This document shows positions 1-9,653 of a stretch of 64,000 nt of DNA, piece by piece. Made by a program: the position numbers and the translations under genes. The stretch comes from Burkholderiales bacterium (GTDB lineage Bacteria > Pseudomonadota > Gammaproteobacteria > Burkholderiales > SG8-39). Every line of letters begins with the position of its first letter. The first letter of the stretch is position 1. Under the pieces are notes generated by a model. The model had not been told where the DNA came from, did not search any database, and saw only the letters and a list, made by a program, of their open reading frames with translations. The stretch is taken from positions 4,311 through 68,310 of the forward strand of contig JAOAFL010000004.1 of NCBI GenBank assembly GCA_026416295.1, given 5' to 3'.

Positions 1-117
1 ATCCGCGGCTCGCGTGCCGAACGCATCTACCGCGAGGCGAAGGTGATGCAGATCGGCGGCGGCGCGACCGAGATCATGAAGGAGCTGGCCGCAAGACAGC
101 TCGGGTGGTTCGCATGA
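1..117 (+). CDS. acyl-CoA dehydrogenase family protein, C-terminal fragment (5' end outside window)
   Basis: Frame +1 is open from base 1 to TGA at 115-117. It translates to IRGSRAERIYREAKVMQIGGGATEIMKELAARQLGWFA, matching the conserved ACAD C-terminal helix pattern (R.A...QI..G..EI....IAR). The stop overlaps the next ATG (ATGA). Confidence 0.6.
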   Translation: MRGSRAERIYREAKVMQIGGGATEIMKELAARQLGWFA

Positions 118-563
118 CCCCGCTCAAGATGAAGGCGTTGCAGCCCCTCATGCGCAAGGTGATGGAGGAATACATCGCCTTCAACAGGGTGCTCGGCCTG
201 AAGGTCGAGTCCTTCGACCCGCAGGCGCCGAAGCTTCGCTTCGACATGCGCCCGGACCTGGTCGGCAACCCCACGCGCCAGATCCTGCACGGCGGGGTGA
301 TTTCGGCGACGCTCGATGTCGCCGGCGGCTTCGTCATCATGCTCAATCTCGTCGCCGCGATGGATAGCGTCCCCACCTCGTTTCCGAACATGGGAACGAT
401 CGATCTGCGGGTGGACTACCTGCGCCCGGGGCGCGGCAAGTACTTCGTCGCGACCGCGCGCATCGTGAGGAAGGGCAGCCGCATCGCGGTAACCCACATG
501 GAGCTGCACAACGACGCGGGCGAGCTGATCGCGACCGGCGCCGCCGCCTACCTCGTCGGCTGA
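114..563 (+). CDS. PaaI/YigI-type hotdog-fold acyl-CoA thioesterase
   Basis: ORF 105-563. The ATG at 114 overlaps the upstream stop. Motifs NRVLGL, HGGVISATLDVAGG and GELIATGAAAY are typical of 4HBT/PaaI thioesterases. Confidence 0.75.
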   Translation: MTPLKMKALQPLMRKVMEEYIAFNRVLGLKVESFDPQAPKLRFDMRPDLVGNPTRQILHGGVISATLDVAGGFVIMLNLVAAMDSVPTSFPNMGTIDLRVDYLRPGRGKYFVATARIVRKGSRIAVTHMELHNDAGELIATGAAAYLVG

Positions 564-661
564 GCGGCGAGCCGAGCGCGCGTCTTTCGCCGTCTCGCGT
601 TCGCCGCGTGCGCAGGCGGTGCACCGTCGCCCGAGGGCCGCGGACGCCGAACGGTCTCGGC

Positions 662-667
662 TAGAAT
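662..667 (+). promoter_or_regulatory. candidate -10 box TAGAAT, 6 nt upstream of the ATG at 674 (possible leaderless transcript)
   Basis: ggcTAGAATggccgcATG. This is an AT-rich hexamer in a very GC-rich intergenic region, with no Shine-Dalgarno between it and the start. Confidence 0.45.
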
Positions 668-673
668 GGCCGC

Positions 674-1936
674 ATGCCCTCGCTCAGACTCTTTCGCGCT
701 GCGCGAGCGGCGGCGCTGTGGCTCGCCGGCTCGCTCGCTGCCGCCGCGCCGGCATTCGCGAGCGAATCGCTTACGCTGCGCGCGTTCCTCGCGCTCGTCG
801 AGCGGCACAACCCCGAGCTGCTCGCGGCCGTTCAGCAGCGCGCGATCGCGCGCGCCGAGGTGCTCGTTGCGCGCGCGTATCCCAATCCGGAAGCGGAGTT
901 CGCGACCGGCCCCTGGCGGCCGCGCGGCGCCGCAGGAGCGAACGGCAGCGTCGAAACCCTCGGCCTTGCGCAGTCGCTCGAACTCCCCTCGGTACGCGAG
1001 GCGCGGCTCGCGGCCGCCGAGATCGGCGTCGAGTCGGCCGAAGCCCAGGTCCAGGGCGTGCGGCTCGCGGTCGGTTATCTCGCCCGCAGCGCGTTCTACG
1101 ATCTGCTCCGCCGACAGGAGGAGGAACGGCTCGCGCGCGAGAACGCCGAGCTGCTCGATCAGATCCGCCGGCGAATCCTGCGCCGGGTCGAGGTCGGCGA
1201 ATCGCCGCGCTTCGAGCTGGTGCGCGCCGAGGCCGAGGCGCTCGCCGCGCAGAACGCGCTGTCGGCCGCGCGCCTGCGGGTCGAGGAGGCGCGAAGCGTC
1301 CTGCGCCGCCTGACCGGGAACATGCTCGCGCCGCAGTTCGAAGCGCACGGCGCCCTGCCGGCGATCCCCGAGCTTCCGCCGCTCGCGACGCTTCAGCCGG
1401 TGGTGCTCGGTGCGCACCCGGCGATCCGGGCGCTCGTCGCCGAGCGCGAACGCGCCCGCCAGCGCCTCGCGCAGGAGCGGGCGCTGCGCTACCCGGCGCC
1501 GACCCTGCGCGTACAGCACGCCCGCGACCCGGAAACCCGGCAGCTTTCGATCGGCGTCGCGCTGCCGCTGCCGCTCTGGAACCGGCGCGAAGGTCCGATC
1601 GCCCAGGCCGAGGCGACGATCGACCTGCTCGCTGCGCAGCTCGAGGCGCAGCGCACCCAGCTGCTGCGCGAGCTCGATTCGGCCTGGGCGCGGGTCTCGA
1701 TCGCGCAACGCCAGATCGAGACCTTCGAAGCCGGGCTGCTGCGCAGCGCCGAAGCCGCGCTGCAGGTCGCCGAAGCGGCCTTTCGCGCCGGCGAGCGCAG
1801 CTTCCTCGAAGTGCTCGACGCGCAGCGCACGTTGCGCGCCGTGCGCGCCGACTACAACCAGGCCCGCTTCGACCGCTACGCCGCATGGCTCGACATCGAG
1901 CGCCTGACCGCACGCGATCCTTTCCGGGACGACTGA
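674..1936 (+). CDS. TolC/CzcC-family outer-membrane efflux protein of an RND heavy-metal pump
   Basis: 420 aa with a signal peptide ending AAAPAFA-SE and a two-repeat OEP-like architecture. It sits immediately upstream of the adaptor and the CzcA-type pump. Confidence 0.85.
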   Translation: MPSLRLFRAARAAALWLAGSLAAAAPAFASESLTLRAFLALVERHNPELLAAVQQRAIARAEVLVARAYPNPEAEFATGPWRPRGAAGANGSVETLGLAQSLELPSVREARLAAAEIGVESAEAQVQGVRLAVGYLARSAFYDLLRRQEEERLARENAELLDQIRRRILRRVEVGESPRFELVRAEAEALAAQNALSAARLRVEEARSVLRRLTGNMLAPQFEAHGALPAIPELPPLATLQPVVLGAHPAIRALVAERERARQRLAQERALRYPAPTLRVQHARDPETRQLSIGVALPLPLWNRREGPIAQAEATIDLLAAQLEAQRTQLLRELDSAWARVSIAQRQIETFEAGLLRSAEAALQVAEAAFRAGERSFLEVLDAQRTLRAVRADYNQARFDRYAAWLDIERLTARDPFRDD

Positions 1937-3084
1937 CCGTTCCGGCGCGCCGACGGGTCGGCGCCGTTTTCCTCGCGCTCGCCGCCGGCTGCGGCGAGCG
2001 CCCGCCCGAGTCGCCCGCCGCCGTCGCACCGCGCGATCCCCTTGCCGTTGTCGCCGCCGGCGAACTCGGCGCGCGGCTGAAGCTCGGCACGCCCGCCGTC
2101 GTCGAGTTGCGCGAGACGTTGCGCGTGCCCGCGCGCATCGAAGCCGACGAGACCCGACTTGCGCGCGTCGGCGCGCCGGTCGCCGGACGCATCGTCGAGC
2201 TGTCGGCACGCGAGGGCGATCGGGTGCGCCGCGGCCAGGTGCTCGCCGTACTGAACAGCGCCGAGCTGAGCACGGCGCAGCTTGCGCTCCTCAAGGCGAT
2301 TTCGCAGCGCGGGCTCGCCGCGCGCGCGGTGGCGCGCGCGCAGCAGCTCTACGAGGACGACGTCATCGGCGCGGCCGAGCTGCAACGCCGCCAGGCCGAG
2401 CTCGCGCAGGCCGAAGCCGAGGTGAACGCGGCGCGCGACCAGCTGAAGGTGCTCGGCATGAGCGCGGCGGCGCTCGACCGCATCGCCGCGACCGGGACCA
2501 TCCACTCGGTGACGCAGATCGTCGCCTCGATCAGCGGCACGATCATCGACCGCAAGGTCACCGAAGGCCAGGTGGTGCAGCCCGCCGACGGCCTCTTCCT
2601 GATCACCGACCTCTCGAACGTCTGGGTGGTCGCCGATGTGCCGGAACAGATCGCGGGCGCGGTGCGCGTCGGCGAGGCAGTCGAGGTCGAGGTCGCGGCG
2701 TTGCCCGGACGGCGTGCCGCCGGCCGGCTCGCCTACGTCGCGCCTGCCGTGAGCCCCGAGACGCGCACCGTGCGCGCGCGTATGGACCTTCCGAACCCGG
2801 CGGGCGACTACAAGCCGAACATGCTCGCCTCGATGCTCATCAAGGCCGAGCCGCAGCGCCGCCTGACGGTCCCGGCCGCGGCGGTGGTGCGCGAGGAAAA
2901 CCGCGACCATGTGTTCGTGCGCACCGGCCCGAACACCTACCGGCTGCAGCCGGTGCAGGTCGGCGCCGAGACAGAGGGCCTGCGCGTCGTTCTCGCCGGC
3001 CTGCGCGAGGACGACACGATCGTGGTGGACGGCGCGTTTCACTTGAACAACGAGCGCAAGCGGCGCGAGTTGTCGGGCAACTGA
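1885..3084 (+). CDS. RND efflux periplasmic adaptor (membrane fusion protein, CzcB/CusB-like); start uncertain
   Basis: This is the C-terminal 400 aa of the 619-3084 ORF. It has lipobox-like FLALAAGC, a coiled-coil hairpin (AELSTAQLALLKA...AELAQAEAEVNAARDQL) and beta-barrel motifs (ISGTIIDRKVTEGQVV). The first ATG in frame is at 1885, overlapping the upstream gene. Confidence 0.85.
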   Translation: MARHRAPDRTRSFPGRLTVPARRRVGAVFLALAAGCGERPPESPAAVAPRDPLAVVAAGELGARLKLGTPAVVELRETLRVPARIEADETRLARVGAPVAGRIVELSAREGDRVRRGQVLAVLNSAELSTAQLALLKAISQRGLAARAVARAQQLYEDDVIGAAELQRRQAELAQAEAEVNAARDQLKVLGMSAAALDRIAATGTIHSVTQIVASISGTIIDRKVTEGQVVQPADGLFLITDLSNVWVVADVPEQIAGAVRVGEAVEVEVAALPGRRAAGRLAYVAPAVSPETRTVRARMDLPNPAGDYKPNMLASMLIKAEPQRRLTVPAAAVVREENRDHVFVRTGPNTYRLQPVQVGAETEGLRVVLAGLREDDTIVVDGAFHLNNERKRRELSGN

Positions 3085-3100
3085 GCCGGATGCCGCCGCG

Positions 3101-6100
3101 GTGATCGACGCCCTGATCCGCGCCGCGATCACGCAGCGCCTGGTGGTCGTCGTGCTCGCGCTCGCGCTCTTCGCCTTCGGTCTGAACGCCGCGCGCCGGC
3201 TCTCGGTCGATGCGTTTCCCGACGTCACCAACGTTCAGGTGCAGATCGCCACCGAGGCGCCGGGACGATCGCCCGAGGAGGTGGAGCGCTTCGTCACCGT
3301 GCCGATCGAGATCGCGATGACCGGCCTGCCCGGGCTGGTCGAGATGCGCTCGCTCAACAAGCCGGCGCTCTCGCTCGTCACCCTCGTCTTTACCGACCGC
3401 ACCGACGTCTATTTCGCGCGCCAGCTCGTGCTCGAGCGCCTCATCGAAGTCGGGCCGCGCCTGCCGGCCGGCGTCGCGCCGGTGCTCGGGCCGGTGTCTA
3501 CCGCGCTCGGCGAGGTCTATCAATACACGCTCGAGCGAGCCGACGACGGCACGCGCCCGCTCACCAAGGCCGAGCTGATCGAGCGGCGCATCGTGCAGGA
3601 CTGGGTGGTGCGGCCGCTGCTTCGCTCGATCCCCGGGGTGGCCGAGATCAATTCCACCGGCGGCTACGTCAAGCAGTATCAGGTGCTCGTCGATCCGGAC
3701 CGCCTGCGCTACTACAACGTCAGTATCCAGGACGTCTGGCGGGCGCTTGCGCGCAACAACGCCAACACCGGCGGCGGCGTGCTGCCGCAGCGCGCCGAGC
3801 AGTACCTCGTGCGCGGCATCGGCCTGGTGCGCGACCTCGAGGACATCCGCGACATCGTGCTGAAGGAGGTGGCCGGCACGCCGGTGTACATCCGCGACGT
3901 CGCCACCGTCGCCTTCGGCGAGGAGCCGCGCTTCGGCGCGATGGTGAAGAACGGCTACACCGAAGCGGTCGGCGGCGTGGTGATGATGATCCGCGCCGGC
4001 AACGCGAAGGAGGTGGTGAGCCGCGTCAAGGCGCGCGTCGAGGACATCAACGCTCGGGGGCTGCTCCCCGGCGGCCTGAAGATCGTGCCGTATTACGACC
4101 GCTCGGACCTCGTGGACGCGGCGCTCTGGACGGTGACCCGCGTGCTGCTCGAAGGCATCGCGCTCGTGATCGTCGTGCTGTTCCTCTTTCTCGGCGACCT
4201 GCGCTCCTCGCTCATCGTCGTCGCGACGCTCGTGCTCACACCGCTCGCCACCTTCATCGTCATGAACCGCTACGGCCTGTCGGCGAACCTGATGTCGCTC
4301 GGGGGCCTCGCGATCGCGATCGGGCTGATCGTGGACGGGTCGGTGGTGGTGGTGGAAAACGCGTTCGCGCGCCTCGGGCAGCGGCCGGGCGAGCGCCGCG
4401 CGCGGGTGGTGTTCGAAGCGGTGCAGGAGGTCGCGACGCCCGTGATCTTCGGCATCAGCGTCATCATCCTCGTGTTCCTGCCGCTGATGACGCTCGAGGG
4501 CATGGAGGGCAAGATGTTCGCGCCGCTCGCCTACACGATCGCGATCGCGCTCGCGATCTCGCTCGTGCTGACGCTCACGCTCACGCCTGCGCTCGCCTCC
4601 TACGTGCTGCGCGGCGGCGCCGCGCACGAGACCTGGCTGATCGCGCGCTTGAAGGCGCCGTACCTGCGGCTGCTTCGCGCCGCGCTCGCCCACGAAAAAA
4701 AGACCGTCGCCGGCGCGGCGCTCGCCTTCGCCGGGGCGCTCGCGCTCGTGCCCTTTCTCGGCACCGCGTTCATCCCGGAGATGAAGGAGGGGGCGATCTC
4801 CCCGGCGATCGACCGCGTGCCCAACATCTCGATCGAGGAGTCGATCGCGATGGAGCAGGAGGCGATGCGTCGCGTGCTCGAAGTCCCGGGCGTCAAAATG
4901 GCGGTGTCGCGTCTCGGGCGCGGCGAGTCGCCGGCCGACCCGGCCGGCCCCAACGAGGCCGACCCGATCGTGACCTTGAAGCCCCGGCGCGAATGGCCGC
5001 GCGGCTGGACGCAGGACGATATCGCCGCGGCGATCGCGGAGAAGCTGAAGACGCTGCCCGGCATCCAGCTCGTGATGGCGCAGCCGATCTCCGACCGCGT
5101 GGACGAAATGGTCACCGGCGTGCGCTCCGACGTCGCGGTGAAGCTCTTCGGCGACGACCTCGAGCGGCTGCGCGCGCTCGCCGAAGAGATCGCGCGCGCG
5201 GCGCGGTCGGTGCGCGGCGTGCGCGACATGCGCGTCGAGCGCACCGGCGGGCAGCAGTACCTGACGGTGGACATCGACCGGCAGGCGATCGCGCGCCAGG
5301 GTCTGAACGTCGCCGACGTGCAGGACGTGATCGAGATGGCGATCGGCGGCAAGGTCGCGACCGAGATCTACGAGGGCGAGCGGCGTTTTCAGGCGGTCGT
5401 GCGCCTGCCCGAGGCGCTGCGCGACTCGGTGGACGACATCCGCGCGATCACCCTCACCGCCCCCTCCGGGGCGCTCGTGCGCCTGGACAGCCTCGCGCGC
5501 ATCCAGGTCACCGAGGGTCCGGCGCAGGTGAGCCGCGAAGACGGCCGGCGCCGCATCGTGGTCGGCATCAACGTCAAGGACCGCGACCTCGGCGGCTTCG
5601 TCGCCGAGCTGCGCAGCCGCATCGCCGCCGAGGTGGCGCTGCCCGAGGGGTATTTTCTCGTCTGGGGCGGCCAGTTCCAGAACATGGAGCGGGCGCTGCG
5701 ACATCTCGCGGTCATCGTGCCGGTGACCGTGGCGGCGATCTTCTTCCTGCTGTTTCTGCTCTTCAACTCGCTGCGGCTTGCGACGCTCATCATCACGGTC
5801 GTGCCGTTCGCCTCGATCGGCGGCGTGATCGGGCTCGCGATCACCGGCGAGTACCTGTCGGTGCCGGCGTCGGTCGGCTTCATCGCGCTCTGGGGCATCG
5901 CGGTGCTGAACGGCGTCGTGCTGGTGAGCTGGATCCGCAAGCTGCGCGACGACGGTCTCGCCCTCGGGCCGGCGGTGTTCGAGGCCGCCGCGCAGCGCTT
6001 TCGTCCGGTGATGATGACCGCGACGGTGGCGATGCTCGGGGTGATCCCGTTTCTCTTCGCGACCGGTCCCGGGTCGGAGGTGCAGCGGCCGCTCGCCGTC

Positions 6101-6196
6101 GTCGTCGTGGGCGGGCTGATCAGCTCGACGCTGCTCACGCTGGTCGTGCTGCCGGTGCTCTACCGTTTCTTCGAGGAAAGGAGGATCGAGGCGTGA
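3101..6196 (+). CDS. CusA/CzcA-family heavy-metal efflux RND transporter
   Basis: 1031 aa with a GTG start. The N-terminus MIDALIRAAITQRLVVVVLALAL...VDAFPDVTNVQVQI and the 12-TM/large-loop layout are characteristic of HME-RND pumps. Confidence 0.95.
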   Translation: MIDALIRAAITQRLVVVVLALALFAFGLNAARRLSVDAFPDVTNVQVQIATEAPGRSPEEVERFVTVPIEIAMTGLPGLVEMRSLNKPALSLVTLVFTDRTDVYFARQLVLERLIEVGPRLPAGVAPVLGPVSTALGEVYQYTLERADDGTRPLTKAELIERRIVQDWVVRPLLRSIPGVAEINSTGGYVKQYQVLVDPDRLRYYNVSIQDVWRALARNNANTGGGVLPQRAEQYLVRGIGLVRDLEDIRDIVLKEVAGTPVYIRDVATVAFGEEPRFGAMVKNGYTEAVGGVVMMIRAGNAKEVVSRVKARVEDINARGLLPGGLKIVPYYDRSDLVDAALWTVTRVLLEGIALVIVVLFLFLGDLRSSLIVVATLVLTPLATFIVMNRYGLSANLMSLGGLAIAIGLIVDGSVVVVENAFARLGQRPGERRARVVFEAVQEVATPVIFGISVIILVFLPLMTLEGMEGKMFAPLAYTIAIALAISLVLTLTLTPALASYVLRGGAAHETWLIARLKAPYLRLLRAALAHEKKTVAGAALAFAGALALVPFLGTAFIPEMKEGAISPAIDRVPNISIEESIAMEQEAMRRVLEVPGVKMAVSRLGRGESPADPAGPNEADPIVTLKPRREWPRGWTQDDIAAAIAEKLKTLPGIQLVMAQPISDRVDEMVTGVRSDVAVKLFGDDLERLRALAEEIARAARSVRGVRDMRVERTGGQQYLTVDIDRQAIARQGLNVADVQDVIEMAIGGKVATEIYEGERRFQAVVRLPEALRDSVDDIRAITLTAPSGALVRLDSLARIQVTEGPAQVSREDGRRRIVVGINVKDRDLGGFVAELRSRIAAEVALPEGYFLVWGGQFQNMERALRHLAVIVPVTVAAIFFLLFLLFNSLRLATLIITVVPFASIGGVIGLAITGEYLSVPASVGFIALWGIAVLNGVVLVSWIRKLRDDGLALGPAVFEAAAQRFRPVMMTATVAMLGVIPFLFATGPGSEVQRPLAVVVVGGLISSTLLTLVVLPVLYRFFEERRIEA

Positions 6197-6510
6197 AGGA
6201 GATCAAGGCGGTGATCCAGCCGCAGCGCCTCGCCCGCGTGCGCGAGGCGTTCCGCCGCATTCCCGATTTTCCCGGGATGACCGTGTCGCGCGCCGAGGGC
6301 TCGGGCTACCACCCGGGCAAGCCCGCGCCGAGCGACGTCAAGACCGAGCTCACCGACTACAGCGCCCGCGTGCGCCTGGAGATCGTCTGCCCCGAGGCGA
6401 TGGTGGAGCAGCTGGTCGCCGTCATCCGCGAGCATTGCCACACCGGTCGGCCGGGCGACGGCGTGATCTGGGTGACCCCGGTCGAGTACTTCCGGCGCAT
6501 CCGCGAGTAA
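6193..6510 (+). CDS. P-II (GlnB-fold)-like small protein translationally coupled to the RND pump
   Basis: The GTG at 6193 overlaps the pump stop (GTGA). The 105-aa product VKEIKAVIQPQRL..FPGMTVSRAEGSG...GDGVIWVTPVEYFRRIRE follows the P-II beta-alpha-beta layout (MTVS..G.G, GDG.I.V.PVE...RIR) with a divergent T-loop. Confidence 0.8.
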   Translation: MKEIKAVIQPQRLARVREAFRRIPDFPGMTVSRAEGSGYHPGKPAPSDVKTELTDYSARVRLEIVCPEAMVEQLVAVIREHCHTGRPGDGVIWVTPVEYFRRIRE

Positions 6511-6540
6511 CGGGCCGGCGGACGCCCGTCGCGGCGGGCG

Positions 6541-6571
6541 AAAAAAACGGCGCCCGCAGGCGCCGTTCTTT
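6541..6571. terminator. bidirectional intrinsic terminator between convergent genes
   Basis: AAAAAAA-CGGCGCC-cgca-GGCGCCG-TTCTTTG. This is a perfect 7-bp GC stem flanked by an A-tract and a T-tract. It lies between the P-II-like gene stop (6510) and the stop of the minus-strand binding-protein gene (6591). Confidence 0.8.
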
Positions 6572-6590
6572 GCGGACGGTTCGCGCCGAC

Positions 6591-7748
6591 TCAGTCGAGA
6601 TAGTCGGTGACGCTCACCCAGCGCCCGTTCTGGATCTGGCAGAGCTTGACGCGGTTGGAGCCGAGGTGCTTGCCCGGGCCGAAGACCTGGGCGTCGCCGC
6701 CGAACATGTCGCGCGGCACCGAAAGCGTCGAGAGCGCCTTGGCGAGCGTGTCGGGGTTGAGATTCGGCCCCGCCTTCTCCGCGGCCACGGCGAAGAGGTT
6801 GAGGAGCTGATAGCCGTAGACCGACAGCACCGTCGGATCCTCCTTGAACTTCTCCTTGTAGCGGCGATACCAGGCGCGCACGTTCGCGGACGGATCGTCT
6901 TCGTACACGTAGTTGATCGTGCAGCCCGAGTAGAACCCGTTCATCGCCGGCCCGCCGAGCTTGTGGATGATGTCGAAGTAGGAGGCGGTGGTCCCGATGA
7001 ATTCGGGGTTCCAGCCGAGCTTGCGCGCCGTGGCGATCGTGCCGATCGTTTCGCGGATGATCGTGCCCATCACGACCGTGTCGCAACCCGCCGCGCGCAT
7101 CTTCTGCACTTGCGAGGTGAAGTCGGTCGCGCCGCGCTTGTAGGTGGTCACCTCGACGTACTTCATGCCGAGGTCCTTCAGCGCCGCCTCGCCCCCCTCC
7201 TTCACCTCCAAGCCGAAGTCGTCGTCCTGGTAGATCGTGCACACCGCTTTCAGGTTCTTCTCGCGGATGAGGCGCTTGAGCGCCGCGCGCATCTGGTCGA
7301 AGTAGGGCGCCGAGAACGAGTACTTGAGCGGGTGCGGCGGGTCGAACATCTGACGCGCGCCGGTGAGGGGAAAGAGGTGCGCGACCTTCTTTTCGAGATA
7401 CAGGTTCATCGCCGCCATCGCGGTGGGTGTCCCGATCGAGCCTACCGCGGCGAAGATCTTGTCCTTCTGGATCATCTTCTGCGCCGCGAGCACCGCCTTC
7501 TTCGGGTCGTAGCCGTGGTCCTCGACCACCAGGCGCAGCTTCCGGCCGTGGATGCCGCCGGTCTCGTTGATCTCGTCCACGCGCATGCGCATGCCGTTCA
7601 CCGCGGGCTTGGAGAGCGCCACGATCGGGCCGGAGAGGTCCTGCGCGGTGCCGATCACGATCTCGGTCTTCGTCACGCCCTGCACCTGCGCCTGGGCGAG
7701 GCCGACGACGCCGAGCGCCGCGGCGAGCGTCGTGAGAGTGCGTTTCAT
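6591..7748 (-). CDS. ABC transporter substrate-binding protein, LIV (LivK/Leu-Ile-Val-binding) family
   Basis: ORF 6591-7781. The likely start is the internal ATG at 7748 (MKRTLTTLAAALGVVGLAQA signal peptide), preceded by AGGAGG. The fold is a type-I periplasmic binding protein. Confidence 0.9.
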   Translation of the reverse strand: MKRTLTTLAAALGVVGLAQAQVQGVTKTEIVIGTAQDLSGPIVALSKPAVNGMRMRVDEINETGGIHGRKLRLVVEDHGYDPKKAVLAAQKMIQKDKIFAAVGSIGTPTAMAAMNLYLEKKVAHLFPLTGARQMFDPPHPLKYSFSAPYFDQMRAALKRLIREKNLKAVCTIYQDDDFGLEVKEGGEAALKDLGMKYVEVTTYKRGATDFTSQVQKMRAAGCDTVVMGTIIRETIGTIATARKLGWNPEFIGTTASYFDIIHKLGGPAMNGFYSGCTINYVYEDDPSANVRAWYRRYKEKFKEDPTVLSVYGYQLLNLFAVAAEKAGPNLNPDTLAKALSTLSVPRDMFGGDAQVFGPGKHLGSNRVKLCQIQNGRWVSVTDYLD

Positions 7749-7779
7749 GGTCCCTCCTGCCGGGGTTGGTGTGCGCGGC

Positions 7780-7785
7780 ATTGTA
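7780..7785 (-). promoter_or_regulatory. candidate internal -10 box TACAAT upstream of the binding-protein gene
   Basis: The minus strand reads ggcTACAATgccgcgcacaccaaccccggcAGGAGGgaccATG. Confidence 0.35.
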
Positions 7786-7787
7786 GC

Positions 7788-9653
7788 CTACGCCGCCTCG
7801 CGCACGTACATCGACTCGATGAGGTCCCGGTACTTTTCGTGCACCAGCTTGCGCTTCAGCTTCATCGTCGGGGTGAGCTCCTCGTCCTCGGCGGTGAGCT
7901 TCTGCTCGATGAGGCGGAACTTTTTCACCTGCTCGACGCGCGCGAACAGCCGGTTCACCTTGTCGACCTCCTGCTGAATGAGCGCCTGCACCTCGGGCCG
8001 GCGGCACAGGCTCGCGTAGTTGGAGAACGGCACCGCGTGCTCCTGCGCCCAGCGCTCGACGTTTTCGTGGTCGATCATGATGAGCGCGGTGAGATACGGC
8101 CGGCGGTCGCCGATCACCACCGCATCGGTGATGTAGGGGGAGAACTTGAGCTGGTTCTCGATCTCCGAGGGCGTGATGTTCTTGCCGCCGGCGGTGATGA
8201 TGATGTCCTTCATCCGGTCGGTGATGTAGAAGTAGCCCTCCTCGTCCCTGCGGCCGACGTCGCCGGTGTGCAGCCAGCCGTCCCTCAGGGTCTCGGCGCT
8301 CTTTTCCGGCTGGTTGAGGTAGCCCATGAAGACGCCGGGGCCGCGCACGAGCAGCTCGCCCTCGGGCGACACGGTCACCTCGTTGGGCGGCATCACCGGG
8401 CCGATCGAGCCGGGTTTCACCGCGCCGCGCGGGTTGCCGGTCACCGCGCCACAGCATTCGGTCTGGCCCCAGACCTCGACCATCTCCAGGCCAAGGGCCA
8501 TGTACCAGCGAACGAGATCGGGCGAGATCGGGGCGGCGCCGGTGATGAGGAGCCTCGCCCGGTGCACGCCGATCGCGCGGCGCACGTTGTCGAGAACCAG
8601 CAGCCGCGCAAGCCGGAACCCGAGCCGGAGCCCGAGGGGGACGGGTTTGCGCTCCTCGCGCAGCTTCGCCTGGCGCATACCGATCGCGATCGCGAGTCGG
8701 TAGGCGGCCTGCTGCACCGGCCCCGCCTCGCGAAGCGCGATCTGCACCGCCGAGTAGAACTTTTCCCAGACGCGCGGCACCGCAGTGAACACCGTCGGCT
8801 GGATCTCGCGCACGTTCTCCGGCACGGTGTCGGGGTTTTCGACGAAGTTGAGCACCGCGCCCGAGTAAAGCGCGTGATACTCGCCCCCTACCCGCTCGGC
8901 GATGTGGCAGAGCGGCAGGAACGCCATGCGCTCGTCCGATTCGGTCTGCGGAAACGCCGCCTGATACGCCTCCAGCGTCGCGAGGATGTTGCGGTGCGAA
9001 ATCATCGCGCCCTTCGGCTTTCCGGTAGTCCCGGAGGTGTAGACGAGGATCGCGAGGTCCTCCGGTCGGCGAAGCGCGACTCTGCGCTCCCACTCGCCCG
9101 GGTGCGCGCGGTCGTAGTCGCGCCCGAGCGCGCGAAGGTCCTCGAGGCTCATCACCTGCGGATCGCGAAGCTCGTGCAGGCCCTCCATGTCGAAGACGAC
9201 GATCTTTCGCAGCGCGGGCAGCCGCCCGCGCACCTCGAGCACCTTGTCGAGCTGCTCTTCGTCCTCGACGAACACGAACACCGAACCCGAGTCGGCGAGC
9301 AGGTACTCGACCTGCGCCGGCGCATCGGTCGGATAGATGCCGTTCACGACGCCGGCCGCACCGAGCGCCCCGAGGTCGGCGAACACCCACTCCTTGTTCG
9401 TGTTCGAAAGGATCGAGACGACCTCGCCGGGCGAAAGCCCGAGCGCGGCGAGTCCCATGCCGATCTCGCGGGCGATCTTTCCGAGTTCGCGCCAAGTGAC
9501 CGCGCGCCAGATGCCGAACTCCTTCTGCCGGCAGAAGGTCTTGTCGCCGCGCGTGCGCACGCCGTGCCAGAAAAGCTTCGACACGGTGTCGGGCGGCGGG
9601 CCTGCCGCCGCGCCGCCGCCCGCTTCTAGCGCCACTGCTTCTTGCGCTTCCAT
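7788..9653 (-). CDS. AMP-dependent long-chain acyl-CoA synthetase (FAA1-type) embedded in the LIV-type ABC operon
   Basis: 621 aa with the AMP-binding motifs LVYTSGTTGKPKGAM, GYLNQPEKSAE and TGDVGRRDEEGYFYITDRMKD. The start overlaps the upstream ATPase gene by 28 nt. Confidence 0.9.
   Translation of the reverse strand: MEAQEAVALEAGGGAAAGPPPDTVSKLFWHGVRTRGDKTFCRQKEFGIWRAVTWRELGKIAREIGMGLAALGLSPGEVVSILSNTNKEWVFADLGALGAAGVVNGIYPTDAPAQVEYLLADSGSVFVFVEDEEQLDKVLEVRGRLPALRKIVVFDMEGLHELRDPQVMSLEDLRALGRDYDRAHPGEWERRVALRRPEDLAILVYTSGTTGKPKGAMISHRNILATLEAYQAAFPQTESDERMAFLPLCHIAERVGGEYHALYSGAVLNFVENPDTVPENVREIQPTVFTAVPRVWEKFYSAVQIALREAGPVQQAAYRLAIAIGMRQAKLREERKPVPLGLRLGFRLARLLVLDNVRRAIGVHRARLLITGAAPISPDLVRWYMALGLEMVEVWGQTECCGAVTGNPRGAVKPGSIGPVMPPNEVTVSPEGELLVRGPGVFMGYLNQPEKSAETLRDGWLHTGDVGRRDEEGYFYITDRMKDIIITAGGKNITPSEIENQLKFSPYITDAVVIGDRRPYLTALIMIDHENVERWAQEHAVPFSNYASLCRRPEVQALIQQEVDKVNRLFARVEQVKKFRLIEQKLTAEDEELTPTMKLKRKLVHEKYRDLIESMYVREAA

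Noticed and set aside
619-3084. An 821-aa plus-strand ORF that would fuse the region of the outer-membrane factor gene with the adaptor gene.
   Set aside because: The N-terminal ~420 aa are Arg/Ala-rich out-of-frame sequence overlapping the well-formed TolC-family ORF (674-1936). Only the C-terminal ~400 aa match a membrane fusion protein.
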